Below are positions 27,032 to 38,669 of a stretch of 64,000 bases of DNA, piece after piece. The stretch spans positions 682,001-746,000 of the forward strand of contig OZ237763.1 in NCBI GenBank assembly GCA_965178125.1. Direction: 5' to 3'. Origin of the DNA: Bilabrum cf. latius. Its lineage: Eukaryota. Every line of letters begins with the position of its first letter. The stretch's first letter is position 1. The position numbers and the translations under genes are program-made. The notes under the pieces are model-generated. The model saw nothing but the letters and a program-made list of their open reading frames with translations. It searched no databases and was not told where the DNA came from.

Positions 27032-30000
27032 ATGGCCCGATCTACCAGGTCAAGATCTACAAAGACAGGGGATCCAAGCGATGGGGTTTCAACTGATATC
27101 AAGGTGCGATAAGAGGTTCCAACGGACGCCAATGAATCCTTGCGATACCCAAACGAAATCGGAGCCTACGACTGCTTTTTGAACGTTTTGTCGCAGCTTG
27201 GAGACAGAATCATTGCTGGTCGAGGGAAGGCTGCGAAAGTAGGAGTGGCGCGGTTCGTTGGTCTCGTTGACGTGAGATACTATCCAGCCCGTCGAGTTGA
27301 TTGCTTCAAAAGAAGGCTGATTGATCGCGTGCAATTTTCAGACCAAATGCAGGTTTTTCTGCGCGTGCACCTGATCTAGCGCAGTTTGCGAGCGGCGAGT
27401 GGGTTGGAATTGAGCTGGATGCTCCTGAGGGCAAGCACAACGGCACGCACAAGGGCGTCCAGTACTTCAAGTGCAAAGACAAGCACGGAGTGATGGCCCG
27501 AAAGACTCTTTGTAGAATATATCGCGGCAGCGGCTCGGACGGCGCAGGCGCAGGCGAGCAGGGTGGCGCGGCAACGGCCACGCCTGCCCGCCGCACACGG
27601 AGCGCGGTCAAGTCCACGCCCGCCTCTGCCGCCGCTGCCGAGTCCACCCCGGCCCGCCGCACCTCGTCTCGCACCCGCTCTGGGTCTGGCTCCCGCGCCT
27701 CGGCCCCGCCCAGCGCCGCCCCACCCAGCAGTGGCCGCAGCACGGGAGGGGCCACCGGGTCTCGCACCCGCACCCGCACCGCATCGCGCACCGCCCGAGG
27801 CGCCGGCGCGGACGCTCTCGCAGACGCGGCGGACCCGGGGTCCTCCGCCAAGCCCAACGTAAAGACAGTCGATGCAGCGGGTCCAGCCGCGGGGGGGATC
27901 GCAGCACGCACCCGCCGGACGAGAACTTCCTTGGGAGGCGCCGGCGGCGGTGCATCCACGGCGGCAGCAGCGTCGGCTCCTGCGCCTGCCGCCAGCGAGC
28001 CCCCGCCCCCGGCGGCCCCGCCAGCGGAGGGAGGCACCCCTTCCCGCAGCGGCAGGCTGGCAGAGCTCCGCGCCAAGCGAAGCGAGGCCAAAGCGTCGCT
28101 CAGCGCAAGGCAGGGAGGAGGAAGAGGAGGTGGCTCCTCTGGCGGTGAGGGGCCAGCGGCCGCCGCTGGCCGGCGTAGGCGTCGTAGGTCGGGGTCAGGG
28201 AGTACGGCCGGGTCGCCCGGCAGCGAAGTGGATGGAGATGGGGCTGACCTGGATGGCGACGGCAGCGAGGAGGATGAGGAGGGGGGGGCGGGTGAGTCGA
28301 GGGGGGCCTCGTCGGGTGCCAGAGGGCGCGGGAGGTCTGGGTCCAGGAGTGGCAGCGCGAGGCGAGCGCTGGACGGCGGCGGGGCGGGGGAACAAGGGAA
28401 GGAGAAAGAAGAGGAAATCGAGCGGTTGAAGAAGCAGCTGCACGACCTGGGGGCCGAGCTTGAGGCGCTGGAGGGGGCCAAGCGCGAAGAGGCCAGCAAG
28501 AACCAGGAGCTTGAGAAAGAGCTGGCAGAGGCAAAGGAACTGGCCAAGAAGGCGCTGGAAGACGCAGCGAAGTTTGAAGAGGATGCCAAGGAGGCTGAGG
28601 AGGAGGTGGAGGCCAAGCGAGAGGAGCTCAAGGAGGCCACCGATCTCGCGGGAGAGGTGCTGGCCGAGAAAGAGGCTGCCGACGAGGAGGTGGAGCGGCT
28701 GACGGCCAGGCTCAAGGTAGCCGAGGAGGCGGCGCAGGCACGCAGGGAGGAAGGGGGGGACCCGGGCGGGGACACCACCAAGTCGGCGTCACCGGACGGG
28801 GGCGGCACGTCAGCCGCGGCGCTTGCGGCGGCCCAGGGCGAGATGGAGGTGCTCCGTGCACAGATGGACCGCCTGAAGGTGGAGCTCAAGGAGGGGAGGG
28901 AAGAGGCGGAGCAGGCCAGGATGCAGGTGGAGGCGCAGGAGGCAGCGGCGAAGGAGGCAGAGAAGCAGGCAGAGGCTCTGGCCCAGGAGCTGGAGGAGGC
29001 GCGGGCCCAGGCCAAGAGGGCCGAGGACCAGGCCAAGAGGGCAGGCGAAGAGGCCCAGGCGGCGAGGGCCAGCGCGGAGGAGGAGGCAGAGGCGAGGCAG
29101 GCGGCAGAGGGCAAGGCAAAGCGAGCCGCCGCGGGAAGGGAGGCGGCGGAGGCGGCCGCGGAGGAAGCCAAGGCGAGGGCCCGGGAGCTCGAAGCAAAGC
29201 ACGCCTCCGGGGAGGAGAGCGATGCGGCTGCGGAAGCGGAAGCGGAGGCTAGTCGCCGCGTGGAGGAGGGTCGCTTGCGCCGGGAGCTGCAGCAGGCCAG
29301 GGAACAAATGGACGCCCTGGAGGAGCAGTGCGAGGCCGCGGTGCTCGGCAAGGAAGAGGCGGAGAACGAGCGGGACACCATGGAGGAGCAGAAGCTGGAG
29401 CTGGAGATCGAGATGGAAGGAGTCAAGGATGAGCTTGAGGCTGCCAGGGCCTAGGCGTAGGAGGCGAGGGCGGCGGCGGCGGCGGCTGCTGCTGCTGCCA
29501 ACGCCGGGTCTGGTGCGTCGGCAGGTCGCGTGGCGCCGGGCACGCCCTCCGGTGCCGGCCCACGAGGGGCCACAGCCGGCCCCTCGACCCCGGCCACGCC
29601 CGCCGCGCCGGCCTCCGGACAGGCCCTGTTCAGCCCGGCTGCCAAGACTCCCGACTCCATGGCGGCGCAGAACGCGCGCCTGCGGATGGCACTGCAGCGG
29701 CTCCGTGACCAGAGCCGAGAGGACGTGCAGGCACTCCGTGAGAAGCTCAAGGCGGCGAGGGAGCGCGCGGACGAGGTAGAGGCCGCGGAGGCAGAGGCGC
29801 AGGAGCTGAGGGCGGCACTAGAGGAGGCACAGGCGGACCTGGCTGAGGCCAAGGAGACGGCGGACGCGGGGTCTGCGTGGGAGGAGATGCTGGAGAAGAT
29901 GACGGCCCGCGGGATGGAGCTTAGGGAACAGCTGGACGAGGCCAGGGCAGAGGTGCAGGAGCTGGAGGAGCTGGTGCAGGTGGGAGACGAGTTGTATGCC

Positions 30001-33000
30001 GAGCAGGAGGAGACCGAGCGGCGCATGCAGAAGCAGCTGCGAGCGGCCAAGACGCGGCTCCTCGAGCTGCAGAAGGCGAGGACCAGCGAACAGGAGGAGG
30101 CACGTCGGGCCAGGGAACAGGAGAGCAAGCTAGGGGCGGCGCTAAGGGCAAGCCAGAGGGAAACTGCCAGGGCCAACGCGGCGCTGCGGGCGGCCACTGC
30201 AACAGGGGCCGCGGGAAGGAACCACGCAGCGGCCGCCGCCGGGCAGGCCGAGGCCGCCGCCCGCAGGCGGGCCCGATTGGCCGCGGCGCTGGCTCGCACC
30301 CGTGCCGCTCTCGTGCTGGAGCAGAGCCGGTCTGCACGCAAGGACGCCGCCGCAGGCGCCGCCTTTGCGCTTGTTCCCCGCGCCGTGTGGGCACCCTTCT
30401 CCGATGTCTCCCAGGCAGTGGCGCTGTCCCTGTCCGCGGGTCGGCTGCTCCGAGGGGTTCTCGAAGTGGGGGCCAGGGCGGGCCGAGGGGCGGCCCTTGT
30501 AGCAGCGGCTCTAGCGAGGGAAATGGAGGGGGTGCTGTCAGCTGGCGCGAGCTCCTCACGGTCGGCCTCCTCATCCACCTCCACCAGGCGGCGCACGCGC
30601 GCCGCGCGTGCGAGGGCCCTTAGGGGGAGAGGGAGTCAGTAGGCCGGCTCTGGCAGCGGGGAGGAGGGCCAGGCGCTTGCGCTTGCGCTGATGGAGTCAG
30701 CGGGCCCGCGGCTGCTGGAGTGGGGCGAAGAGTCGGGGTGCGGGGCCGGGACGGGAGAGAGCGCGATCGGGATACAGGAGTGCGAGGCCGCGTGCATCAG
30801 GGCTGGAGACCTCGCGGGGGCGCGGGCGGCTGCGGCAGGGTGTGCGCGGTCGGTCTGGCTGGTGCACTGCATGCTGGTGGGGGTGCATAGCGTCGGCGCC
30901 GGAGCGGGTGCCGGGTCTCGCGCGGGAAGGGGTGGTCTTGGGGAAGACTCTGACGAAGAAGAGGGAGAGGAGGTTGAGGATCCGCGGGCGGTGGATACCG
31001 GGGCCTCGGGCGGCAGGCAGCAGAGGAAGGACAGGGCGATACGGCGGGCCTGGGGTCTCGCAGTGGAGGCGGCGCTGGGAGGGTTTGCAGGTGTGCACCA
31101 GCGGCTGGGTGGGGCGGCGCAGCAGCAGCTGTTGGATGCCGCCGATGGGGAGGAGAGGGAGAGGGTGCTGGCTCGGTCCGTGGGCCACGTGCTGGCGGTC
31201 AGGGCGGGGCCGGTGCTGGGTCGGATGGTGCAGGCGCTCGAGTCGTCGCTGCAGTGGGCCGAGGGCACGGGTGATGCTGCGGCTGCGGCTGCGTTGGACT
31301 CGACTGCGCACCAGCAAGGTGCTTCAGCGGGCAGCAGTGACGGTGGCAGCCACACGAACACCGACATCCGGCCCGGCTCGCTGCTGGCCCTTGCGTGGGG
31401 CAGGGAGGAGAAAGCTCCAGGAGATGGCAGCGGCTCGGGGGCAGCGGGGGCCGGCGCTTCTGGGTCGGACCCGGTGCGTGCCGCAGTGCAGTGCAGCCGC
31501 GAACTCGACGCTCTGCTGACGGAGGGGCACCGGGCCAGGGGGCGGGACGGGGCCTGCGTCGGGCTGGGGACTTCGCTAGGCCCCCAGGACAGGGGCAGAG
31601 AGGAGGAAAAAGACGGGGAGAGTGATGGCGATGGCGGAATCGACGCTTAGGCCAGGCGGCAGGCGGAAGCCCAGCTCCGGGGCTGGCTGCAGGGACGGCA
31701 CGATGACGGCCCCGCGTCTCCCCGCGTGGAGCTGCTGAGGGCCTGGGAGCTGGAAGAAAAGGTGCTGGCAGCGGCGGAGGCGGGGGTGGCGGGGGCCCTG
31801 CGCGGCGCCGCGAGACTCCTCGGCGATGCGGAACTTCAGCTCGGGGGACTGTAGGCCGGGACTGGCGCGGGTGCGCTGGGGCAGTCGGAGGTTGCCGGCG
31901 CGGGCGATAGCGGCAGCGGTGAGGAGGACGAGGACGAGGACGGGGAGAATGGGGAGGGCAAGGGCAGTGATAAGGCAGCAGCTTCGGACGGAAAGGACGC
32001 ATCGCAACTGCAAGTCAGGGTGCAGGCACTCGCAAACGCGCTTCGTCGAGCAGGGTCGGTTAGGGAGGCGGCTACAGGGCTGGGGAACATCGCGGTGACT
32101 CGCGGGAAGGGGGCCCTGTCCGTGGGCACCGCACCCAGCGGTCAGGGCGCCGTGCAAGGGGCCGCAGATGGCGGGGTCGTGCTCCTGCGTGACGCCTGCG
32201 ACCTCCTGTGGGCGCACGGCGCGGCTGTTCCCTCGGCCGGTCTGCTGCAAGCGGGCGAGGAGGGGCAGAGAGGAGCGGCGCATGCGTCGGGCGCGGGGCC
32301 TGCCTTGGAGGCAGGCACCAAGTCTGCCCTGCTGTTTCTGCGCTGCAGTGCGCTGCACCCTAGCGCGGTGTCGGGTGCTCTCGATGCAGCGGTGGCAGCC
32401 GCACAGGCCTGGGCCTCTGGCGCGGGCGCGGGGCCATCGGACGTCAGCAGCAGCGAGGGCTTCGCTGCACTGGGTTCAGGTGGGCGGGGCGTAGCTGTCG
32501 ACGACGAGGAGGAGCAGGAGGTTGGAGCAGGGGCGAACTCCGAGTCGACCGACGAGGTGGAGAGCGCGCTGGCCTCAGCCTGTTCCGCAATGCGCGGCGC
32601 CCAACTGACGAGCGAGCCCGTCGGCACGGCATCTGAGAGGGACGGGGCAGGAGCAGAGGCAGCATCTAGCCATTCAGGAGGAGGAAGAGGCGATGAGCAT
32701 GCCGCCGCATGCCAGACAAGAGGAGACCCCCTGGATCCGGAAGGGCCTCTCTTAGCCCAAGGGGGGCACGGAGATGATGCCGAGGATCCGGAGTCGGAGC
32801 AGGGGGCCGCGGGAGAGCGCTGCGACACATTGAAGGGGGTGCTGGGCTCGCAGCGGGCCGCTGTCGCCGCCGCTGCCCAGACCGCGCGGCAGCTGTCCAC
32901 CGCGCGGGAGCTGGCCGCCGAGCTGAGCCACGACCTGAACCGCCGCCAGCGGGAGCTGCACGAGCTCCGGGCGCGGCAGAGCATCCTGGAGGCTAGATCC

Positions 33001-33912
33001 AAGGAGGCGCTGGCGGCGGGCGCCAGGGCGGACGGGGCGGAGAGGGCTTTGGTGGCGGCCAGGGAACAACTGCTGCGGCTGGAGGCCACGAGCGGGCAGT
33101 CGATGGAGCTGCTGCGCGGGGAGGTGGCTCGGCTGGGGCTGGAGCGGGAGCGGCTGAGGGGCCTGCTGCGGCAGGCGAACCTGGAGCACTTGCTCGTCGG
33201 GGAGGGCGAGCACGGCGAGGATGGGGCCGGCCAGGATGCGGGGGGCGATGCTGGGGCCAAGCAGCTGCAGCTGCAGCAGGCTCTGGCTGGCGCTGCGGGA
33301 GCTGCCGCGGGGGCCGCAGGCGGGGGGTCGGGCGGGGCGAGCGCGCATGCTGCCCTCGTTGCGGTCCGTGAGGCCAGGGCACAGGCATCAGCGCAGGCGA
33401 GCCGGTCTCTTGCCCTGGGGCTCGCGATGCTGCCTGCCCTCCCGCCCATCGTGACGGGCGCGGGGAGGGTGGTGGAGGCCTCTGCTGCGGGTCTGTGCGA
33501 TGCGGTGGGGGGGGAGGCCTGGGGGCCGGGAGACAGGGCCGCAAGCCTCCCCTCGGTGGGGATGCGGTTGGACGGGGGGACGTCAGCGAGGTCGGCTGGG
33601 GAGGGAGAGAGCAAGAAGGATGAGGACGAGGAGGAGGATTAGTTCAGGGGGTCGTCGTGGAGGGGCCACCGCACGTGGGTGCGTGGGAGAGCAAAGGCGC
33701 TCAGGAGGCAGTGCGACCAGGCGTACGAGCAGTTGCTTCTGCAGCGGGTCGCAAGCGCCAAGGTGCTCGCGGTTCGCGGCAAGGGGGAGGGTGCCGTCGG
33801 GAGCGAAGGCCAGCAGCTGGCTGCAGCGCAGCTGGCCCAGCTAAGGGCAGCCCGGCGTGCGAGGGCCCTGCAGGATCGAGCGAGCGCACTCCTCCGGACC
33901 GTCCGGGCGTGA
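27032..33912 (+). CDS. DCTN1: Dynactin subunit 1 (p150Glued)-like, ~2,224 aa; exons 27032-27103, 27197-27271, 27385-33912
   Basis: CAP-Gly domain (LGDRI...RFVGLVD/FASGEWVGIELDAPEGKHNG...YFKC), a basic Ser/Arg/Thr region and a long coiled coil. p150-like segments: QNARLRMALQRLRD and EEMLEKMTARGMEL...ELEELVQVGDEL. In-frame TAG at 29452, 29458, 30640, 31648, 31852 and 33640; ends at TGA. Confidence 0.85.
27104..27196 (+). other. Intron 1 of DCTN1-like gene (93 nt)
   Basis: AAG|GTGCGA ... TTTTGTCGCAG|CTT, phase 0; joins ATG 27032 to the CAP-Gly start. Confidence 0.7.
27272..27384 (+). other. Intron 2 of DCTN1-like gene (113 nt)
   Basis: GAC|GTGAGA ... CTGAT..GCGCAG|TTT; removal yields a contiguous CAP-Gly motif. 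Confidence 0.85.
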
Positions 33913-34078
33913 TCGTATGCATAGATTGGTTGGAAATCGCGCGGGAGAGAATAGGTCTGCTGGTCGCTCGTTCCGGTTTGACCGGCGAGGGGCGGGTGGC
34001 GGCCGAGACGCAATTGACAACGTTGGGGCTCGTATTCCGGACTGTGGCTGCAAGCGTATTTCTTGCGAAGACGTCATA

Positions 34079-37000
34079 ATGGCAGCAGGAGGTAGCACGG
34101 CTGATTCTACTACGCCCGTGCCGCCAAGAACGAGTATTTTGACTTCTTCGAAATCTCATGCTCCCATCGCCCACCACCACGCCGTATCTGATACGATGCG
34201 AGTGTGAGAGTACGAAATACGGATTCCATTCGGTTGCATTGGCTGCTTCGTCAGCGCATATGTGCTCCTACTTTCGAACTCTCAATATTGATCTGCATTC
34301 TCGCAGGTTCGAACAGGAGACCGGACCACCTATCCCGATCGAATGGGCTTGTAGAATACTAGAGGTGCAGCAAGCCGGTGAATTTAATCCCTCACTCGCT
34401 GGTCGGGCGGCGAGCAGTATCAGGCATGCGGCGGGGAGCGGGGACATGGAGTTGTGCAAGCCGAGCGCCGTGAGCGGGCTAGGCGTCGCCCTTGACAAGT
34501 GCATGGACGTCTTGCAAACAACAAGCACCTCATGGCCTAGTGGGTCCACGCTGAAAACATGCCCGATCGCGATCGAAGCGTTGCGAACTGCGGCGGGGTC
34601 CGCCGTCCAGCTCTTGAGCGCCATCGGAGAGGTTGGGTGGCATGAGCACCACGAAACGGAAGACGCCATGGTTACATGCGTCAAGCCAGTCGTTCGTGCT
34701 CTCTTTTATGGCCCTACGGCAGTGCACGACGCAGCCCTGTGGGCAATCGGCCACTTCAGCTTCCCGCCAAAGAAGCGGCATTCGTGGAGGAGTGGCCTCG
34801 TGGAGGTGGGCATGACATCGCCTGGCAGCCGAAGTGACTCTATGAACATCGTCAGCGTGCTCACAGCAGCCCTGAGGGACGGTTCCATGGAGAGGAGGAG
34901 GCTGGGTGCCACCGCCATCGCGAATCTCACGTGCTCAAGAAAGGGATTCGATGCCTTTTTGAAGGAAGAGGTGATCAGGCGCCTCATCATGTGCGTGCTC
35001 CCTCCGCACAGCGAGGAATGCGTCGAGCAGGCCTTCCTCTGCATATGGAACATCGCGTCGGGCCGGGGCAAGCCGCGCACCATGACCCACGACGCCGGCG
35101 TGCACAAGCACCTGGCCCCGCTCCTCTTCTCGTCCTTCGGAAGAACGGCGGAGTACGCCTCGGGATACATGCGCTCCCAGTTAGACGCAGGCGGCTTGGC
35201 CCCGGGCGGCGAAAACGAGAAGATCATACACGCAAGGCAGAGAGAACTGCTAGCGGAAAAAGGGCTGCTCGCCGGACTGCTCAGGAACCTGGGGCCCACA
35301 TGGCCCGTGGCAGCCGAAGAGGCCGCAGCGGCCATCTGGAACGTCTGCTACACGCAGCCACACCGCAAGATCGTGGACGCCGGTGCCATACCCCTGCTCA
35401 CAGCCATGGCCAAACGGGTGGACCAGCAGCGCCCCTTCGCCCTGTGCTGCGCCCTTGGTGCGATTGCCGCGCTGCTCAAGATCCCGGACGAGGACGTGGC
35501 GGACCAGGTGGTGAGCACTGGGGGGATTGAGGCGGCCGCCGCGCTGCTGATGCGCCCAAATCAGGAACGAATCCACGAGCAGGCGTGCTCGGTGCTGCTC
35601 GGGGTCTGCAAGGGCCCTGGTCGAGCGTCGAACCGCGCCCACGTGGTTGCGACGAGATGCTTGTCACCGGTGGGCGCGCTGCTGCTGAACGGCAACGCGG
35701 TCGAGAAAAGCGCGGCGGCACGATGCCTGAGGGCGGTGAGTGGGCAGAACCCCACCGAGTGCGACAAGAGCGAAGTGTCCCGTGGTACTGCTCGAGCCAT
35801 CCTGGCAGATCCCGTCGCTACGGCCGTGCTAGTGCAGCTGGGGTCTTCAGGGAGTCGGTCTGCTCTCTCAGAGCACCTGCTCGCGACCTTGTGGTGCTTG
35901 TTCGAGACGGGATGCCCCGAGGTGCGCCGGAGCTTTGTGTCCATCAACGATCATGTGCCGTCAATACTGGCAAAGATCAAGCAGAGCGCCCCCTGGTGCT
36001 ACTTGGGCATGGGCGCCCTCGCGGCGATGCTTGAGAACGAGCGGCTGGAGGAGGAGCAAAGGGGCAGTGCCGCGGCAGCGGGACAGCCGGAGAGAGAGGA
36101 ATCAGCCGCACCCAGTACAACCGCGTGCTTGGATGCAGTGGTGGCAGCGCAGGCACTGGATGTGGTCGACAGGATGCTTCCAGCGTACCGAGACAAACTC
36201 ACAGCGCGGCCCACCATGCCGGTGCAGGGCACACGACTGCTGCTTGAGGTGTGTCTCCGACGGAGGAGCGAGGCATCTACCTTGCACTCGCGACGATCCT
36301 GGTCTTGCGTGGCGGCAATGATCATGAAGTGCTGTAAAACAGGGAATGACAATGACGCTGTGCCGGAGGCATTCGGCCTGCTTCGGCTCGTGTGTGAGCA
36401 GCCCGAGGCCGTGCACGTGGCGATGACTGGAGAGTTTGTCAAATCCATCGAGAGGCTGCTTTAGGATCGCATCTCGCACGGAGAGCCTAATAGTAGGGGA
36501 CGGCTGGCGGTCCTGCATGCGCTCAAAGCGGTACATGCAGTCATGCGGACGCCAGGTGCGGCCCAGGCGTTAGTGTGCAGACCCAGCATGATCCGCGCCG
36601 TGGCAAAGAGCTACAGCCTGTGGCCGTCCGTGGGCCCCATCGCGGTTCTGCAGCGCATGGCCTCTCTGAACGAGGGTGGGAGGCTAGCGGTGTGCACCAC
36701 TGGCGGGCTCAGGGTAGGCACTGCTGCAGTGCGGTTGGGCGTGAATACCCGGGTGAGGCAGGCGGGCGTGCGGCTGCTTCGCAACCTGCTGTCCTCCACT
36801 GCGAACGCGAAGAGAACGGCTCGCCGACTGCGATGGGTGGTTGCCAGCAAGGATGCTTCCAGCGGCACGTTGCGCGGGCTTGGTGACCTCATGTGTGACG
36901 GCAGCATGCAGCAGGCCGGTGATGCAGCACAGTCCCTGCGGCACGTGCTGGCTGTGCTGGTGACCAGAATTGCAGAGAGACCAGCTGGCCGTCTCTTTCA

Positions 37001-37892
37001 GTCGGAAGATAACTTGACAGGACTGGAACGCGGGTAGAAGGAGTTTACCGATGGAAGTCTCGAGTCGGATCAGGCCCAGACTCCCAGCGAGCAAGGGACC
37101 GCAGGGACCACGGGCGACAGCGATGGCGAAGGAGATGGTGAGGCCCGTCAAGGCGATATAGGCTCCCAGTGTTCAGGTGGGGGTCCTGCAGGTGGCACCA
37201 GCTAGGCGCATGTGGCAGCGACTGACGCGGGGGATACATCGGATGCAGCAGCGACTGACGCGGGGGATACATCGGATGCAGCAGCGACTGACGCGAGGGA
37301 TACATCGGATGCAGCAGCGACTGACGCGAGGGATACATCGGATGCAGCAGCGACTGACGCGGGGGATACATCGGATGCAGCAGCGACTGACGCGAGGGAT
37401 ACATCGGATGCAGCAGCGACTGACGCGAGGGATACATCGGATGCAGCAGCGACTGACGCGAGGGATACATCGGATGCAAAGCATGAGGATTCCCACGAAA
37501 TGGAAAGCGGTCGATAGGATCTTGAAGAGACTTCTGGGCCAGACGCCAGCCCGGGTGCAGATGCAAGTGAGGCTTCGGCTGACCCAGACAGTGGGGCAAG
37601 TGCAGCTGGCCCGAGCAGTGGTGCGGGAGCAAGCTCCAGCGCAGCAGCCGCAACTGCCACCGGTAAAATGGAGACCGGCTTTGTACATAAGGACTCAGAA
37701 AAGTTCCTATCCGAGGACCTGGCTCATCAGCTGCGCGCCGGCGTGGACAGAGCCGTGGATCTACGCCTGGTGACGGCAGAGGTCGGCCAGACTATGCGTG
37801 GGTAGATCGATGCATTGGCTGAGGCACCCAGCCCATACAATGAGCCCCAGGCAAGCGACGCCTGGTCTGCGAGCAACGTGACAGAGGAGTAA
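34079..37892 (+). CDS. Armadillo-repeat protein with acidic low-complexity tail (~1,236 aa); probable intron 34204-34306
   Basis: ARM-like helices: AALWAIGHFS, ATAIANLT, AAAAIWNVC, IVDAGAIPLL, GGIEAAAALL. The frame continues through TAG at 36462, 37035, 37203, 37515 and 37803 to TAA 37890. A GTGAGA...TCTCGCAG intron links ATG 34079 in the correct phase. Confidence 0.8.
37215..37478 (+). repeat. Coding minisatellite, 8 x 33 bp (GCAGCGACTGACGCGRGGGATACATCGGATGCA = AATDA[G/R]DTSDA)
   Basis: Contiguous near-identical units with a single G/A variable site, in frame within the ARM gene tail. Confidence 0.95.
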
Positions 37893-37932
37893 AGCAGGCT
37901 GCAGTACACCGGGTGGTTGACGGTTGCAGCTC

Positions 37933-38425
37933 AGTTGGTGAGGCCAGTAATGTCTCTGAGATTGAGGTCGCGCGGTGGGCGCAGGACCCGCTCGAGGTGC
38001 AGGCTCAGATGCGACGTAGTGATGCGAAGGAGAGAGAAAGAGCGACTAGTGATGAAGAGCAGGAGCGGCGGCGACTCGGGGTGGGCGAGGTGGGAGGGCG
38101 GAGCAGAGAGAGAGGGCGAGAGGGGGGGGGGGGGGGGGTTGGGGGCGAAGCAGAGAGGGAGGGGGCGGCAGTTCACCAAGTGGGGATGAAATAGAGGAGG
38201 AAAAGATGATTGGTGGGGTCATCGGGCTGATACGGCGGATTGGAAGGGGGAGGCACAGGCCGGGCAGGTGGAGGTACGGGCATGTGTGTGACGAGTGGCT
38301 TGGATCAGGGGGATCGGATCACCCGACCACATGCGGACGAGGAAGTTGGGAGGTCACAATTGGACTTGAGCGGCAAACATGCCGTGTGCTATTCGGGCGC
38401 TGAGGGGCAGCGCTCGCCAGTTTTT
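37933..38425. repeat. Dispersed ~490-bp repeat 'X', copy 1 (uninterrupted)
   Basis: Colinear similarity to 53138-53250 + 54223-54474 + 56130-56209. Starts AGTTGGTGAGGCCAG, has a purine-rich middle, and ends in the hairpin GCGCTG-AGGGG-CAGCGC followed by GCCAGTTTT. Confidence 0.85.
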
Positions 38426-38669
38426 CCTAATGATAGCAGTTGAGGTGTCCTTGGCAGCATTGCGCGACTTCTGGTAATGGGCTATAACTTTTACCAGATT
38501 GTGGGGGTCGTGTGCCCCAGAATAATACCAAAATACTGGGTAAGGACCACACAAAGTAGATCTATTGTCACTGACTTCTGGGGGGGATCTGATATTTTGT
38601 GGACTCAACTCAAAAGCGCACGCTATCACGAAGAAACATCTGGAACGAGGGCCCGGGACCTACCAGACT

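Noticed and set aside
27306-33614. Long minus-strand Ser/Ala-rich ORFs (27306-29426, 29451-30596, 32142-33614)
   Set aside because: Antisense shadows of the Glu/Ala-rich dynactin coiled coil.
37215-37478. Possible CRISPR array
   Set aside because: Repeats are contiguous with no unique spacers, are in frame in a coding region, and there are no cas genes in this eukaryotic context.
37933-38425. Repeat X as LTRs of the retroelement, or as RNase P/MRP RNA
   Set aside because: The RT is non-LTR type, and the two X copies bracket unrelated host genes. The resemblance to RNase P conserved regions is too weak to support without a covariance-model search.
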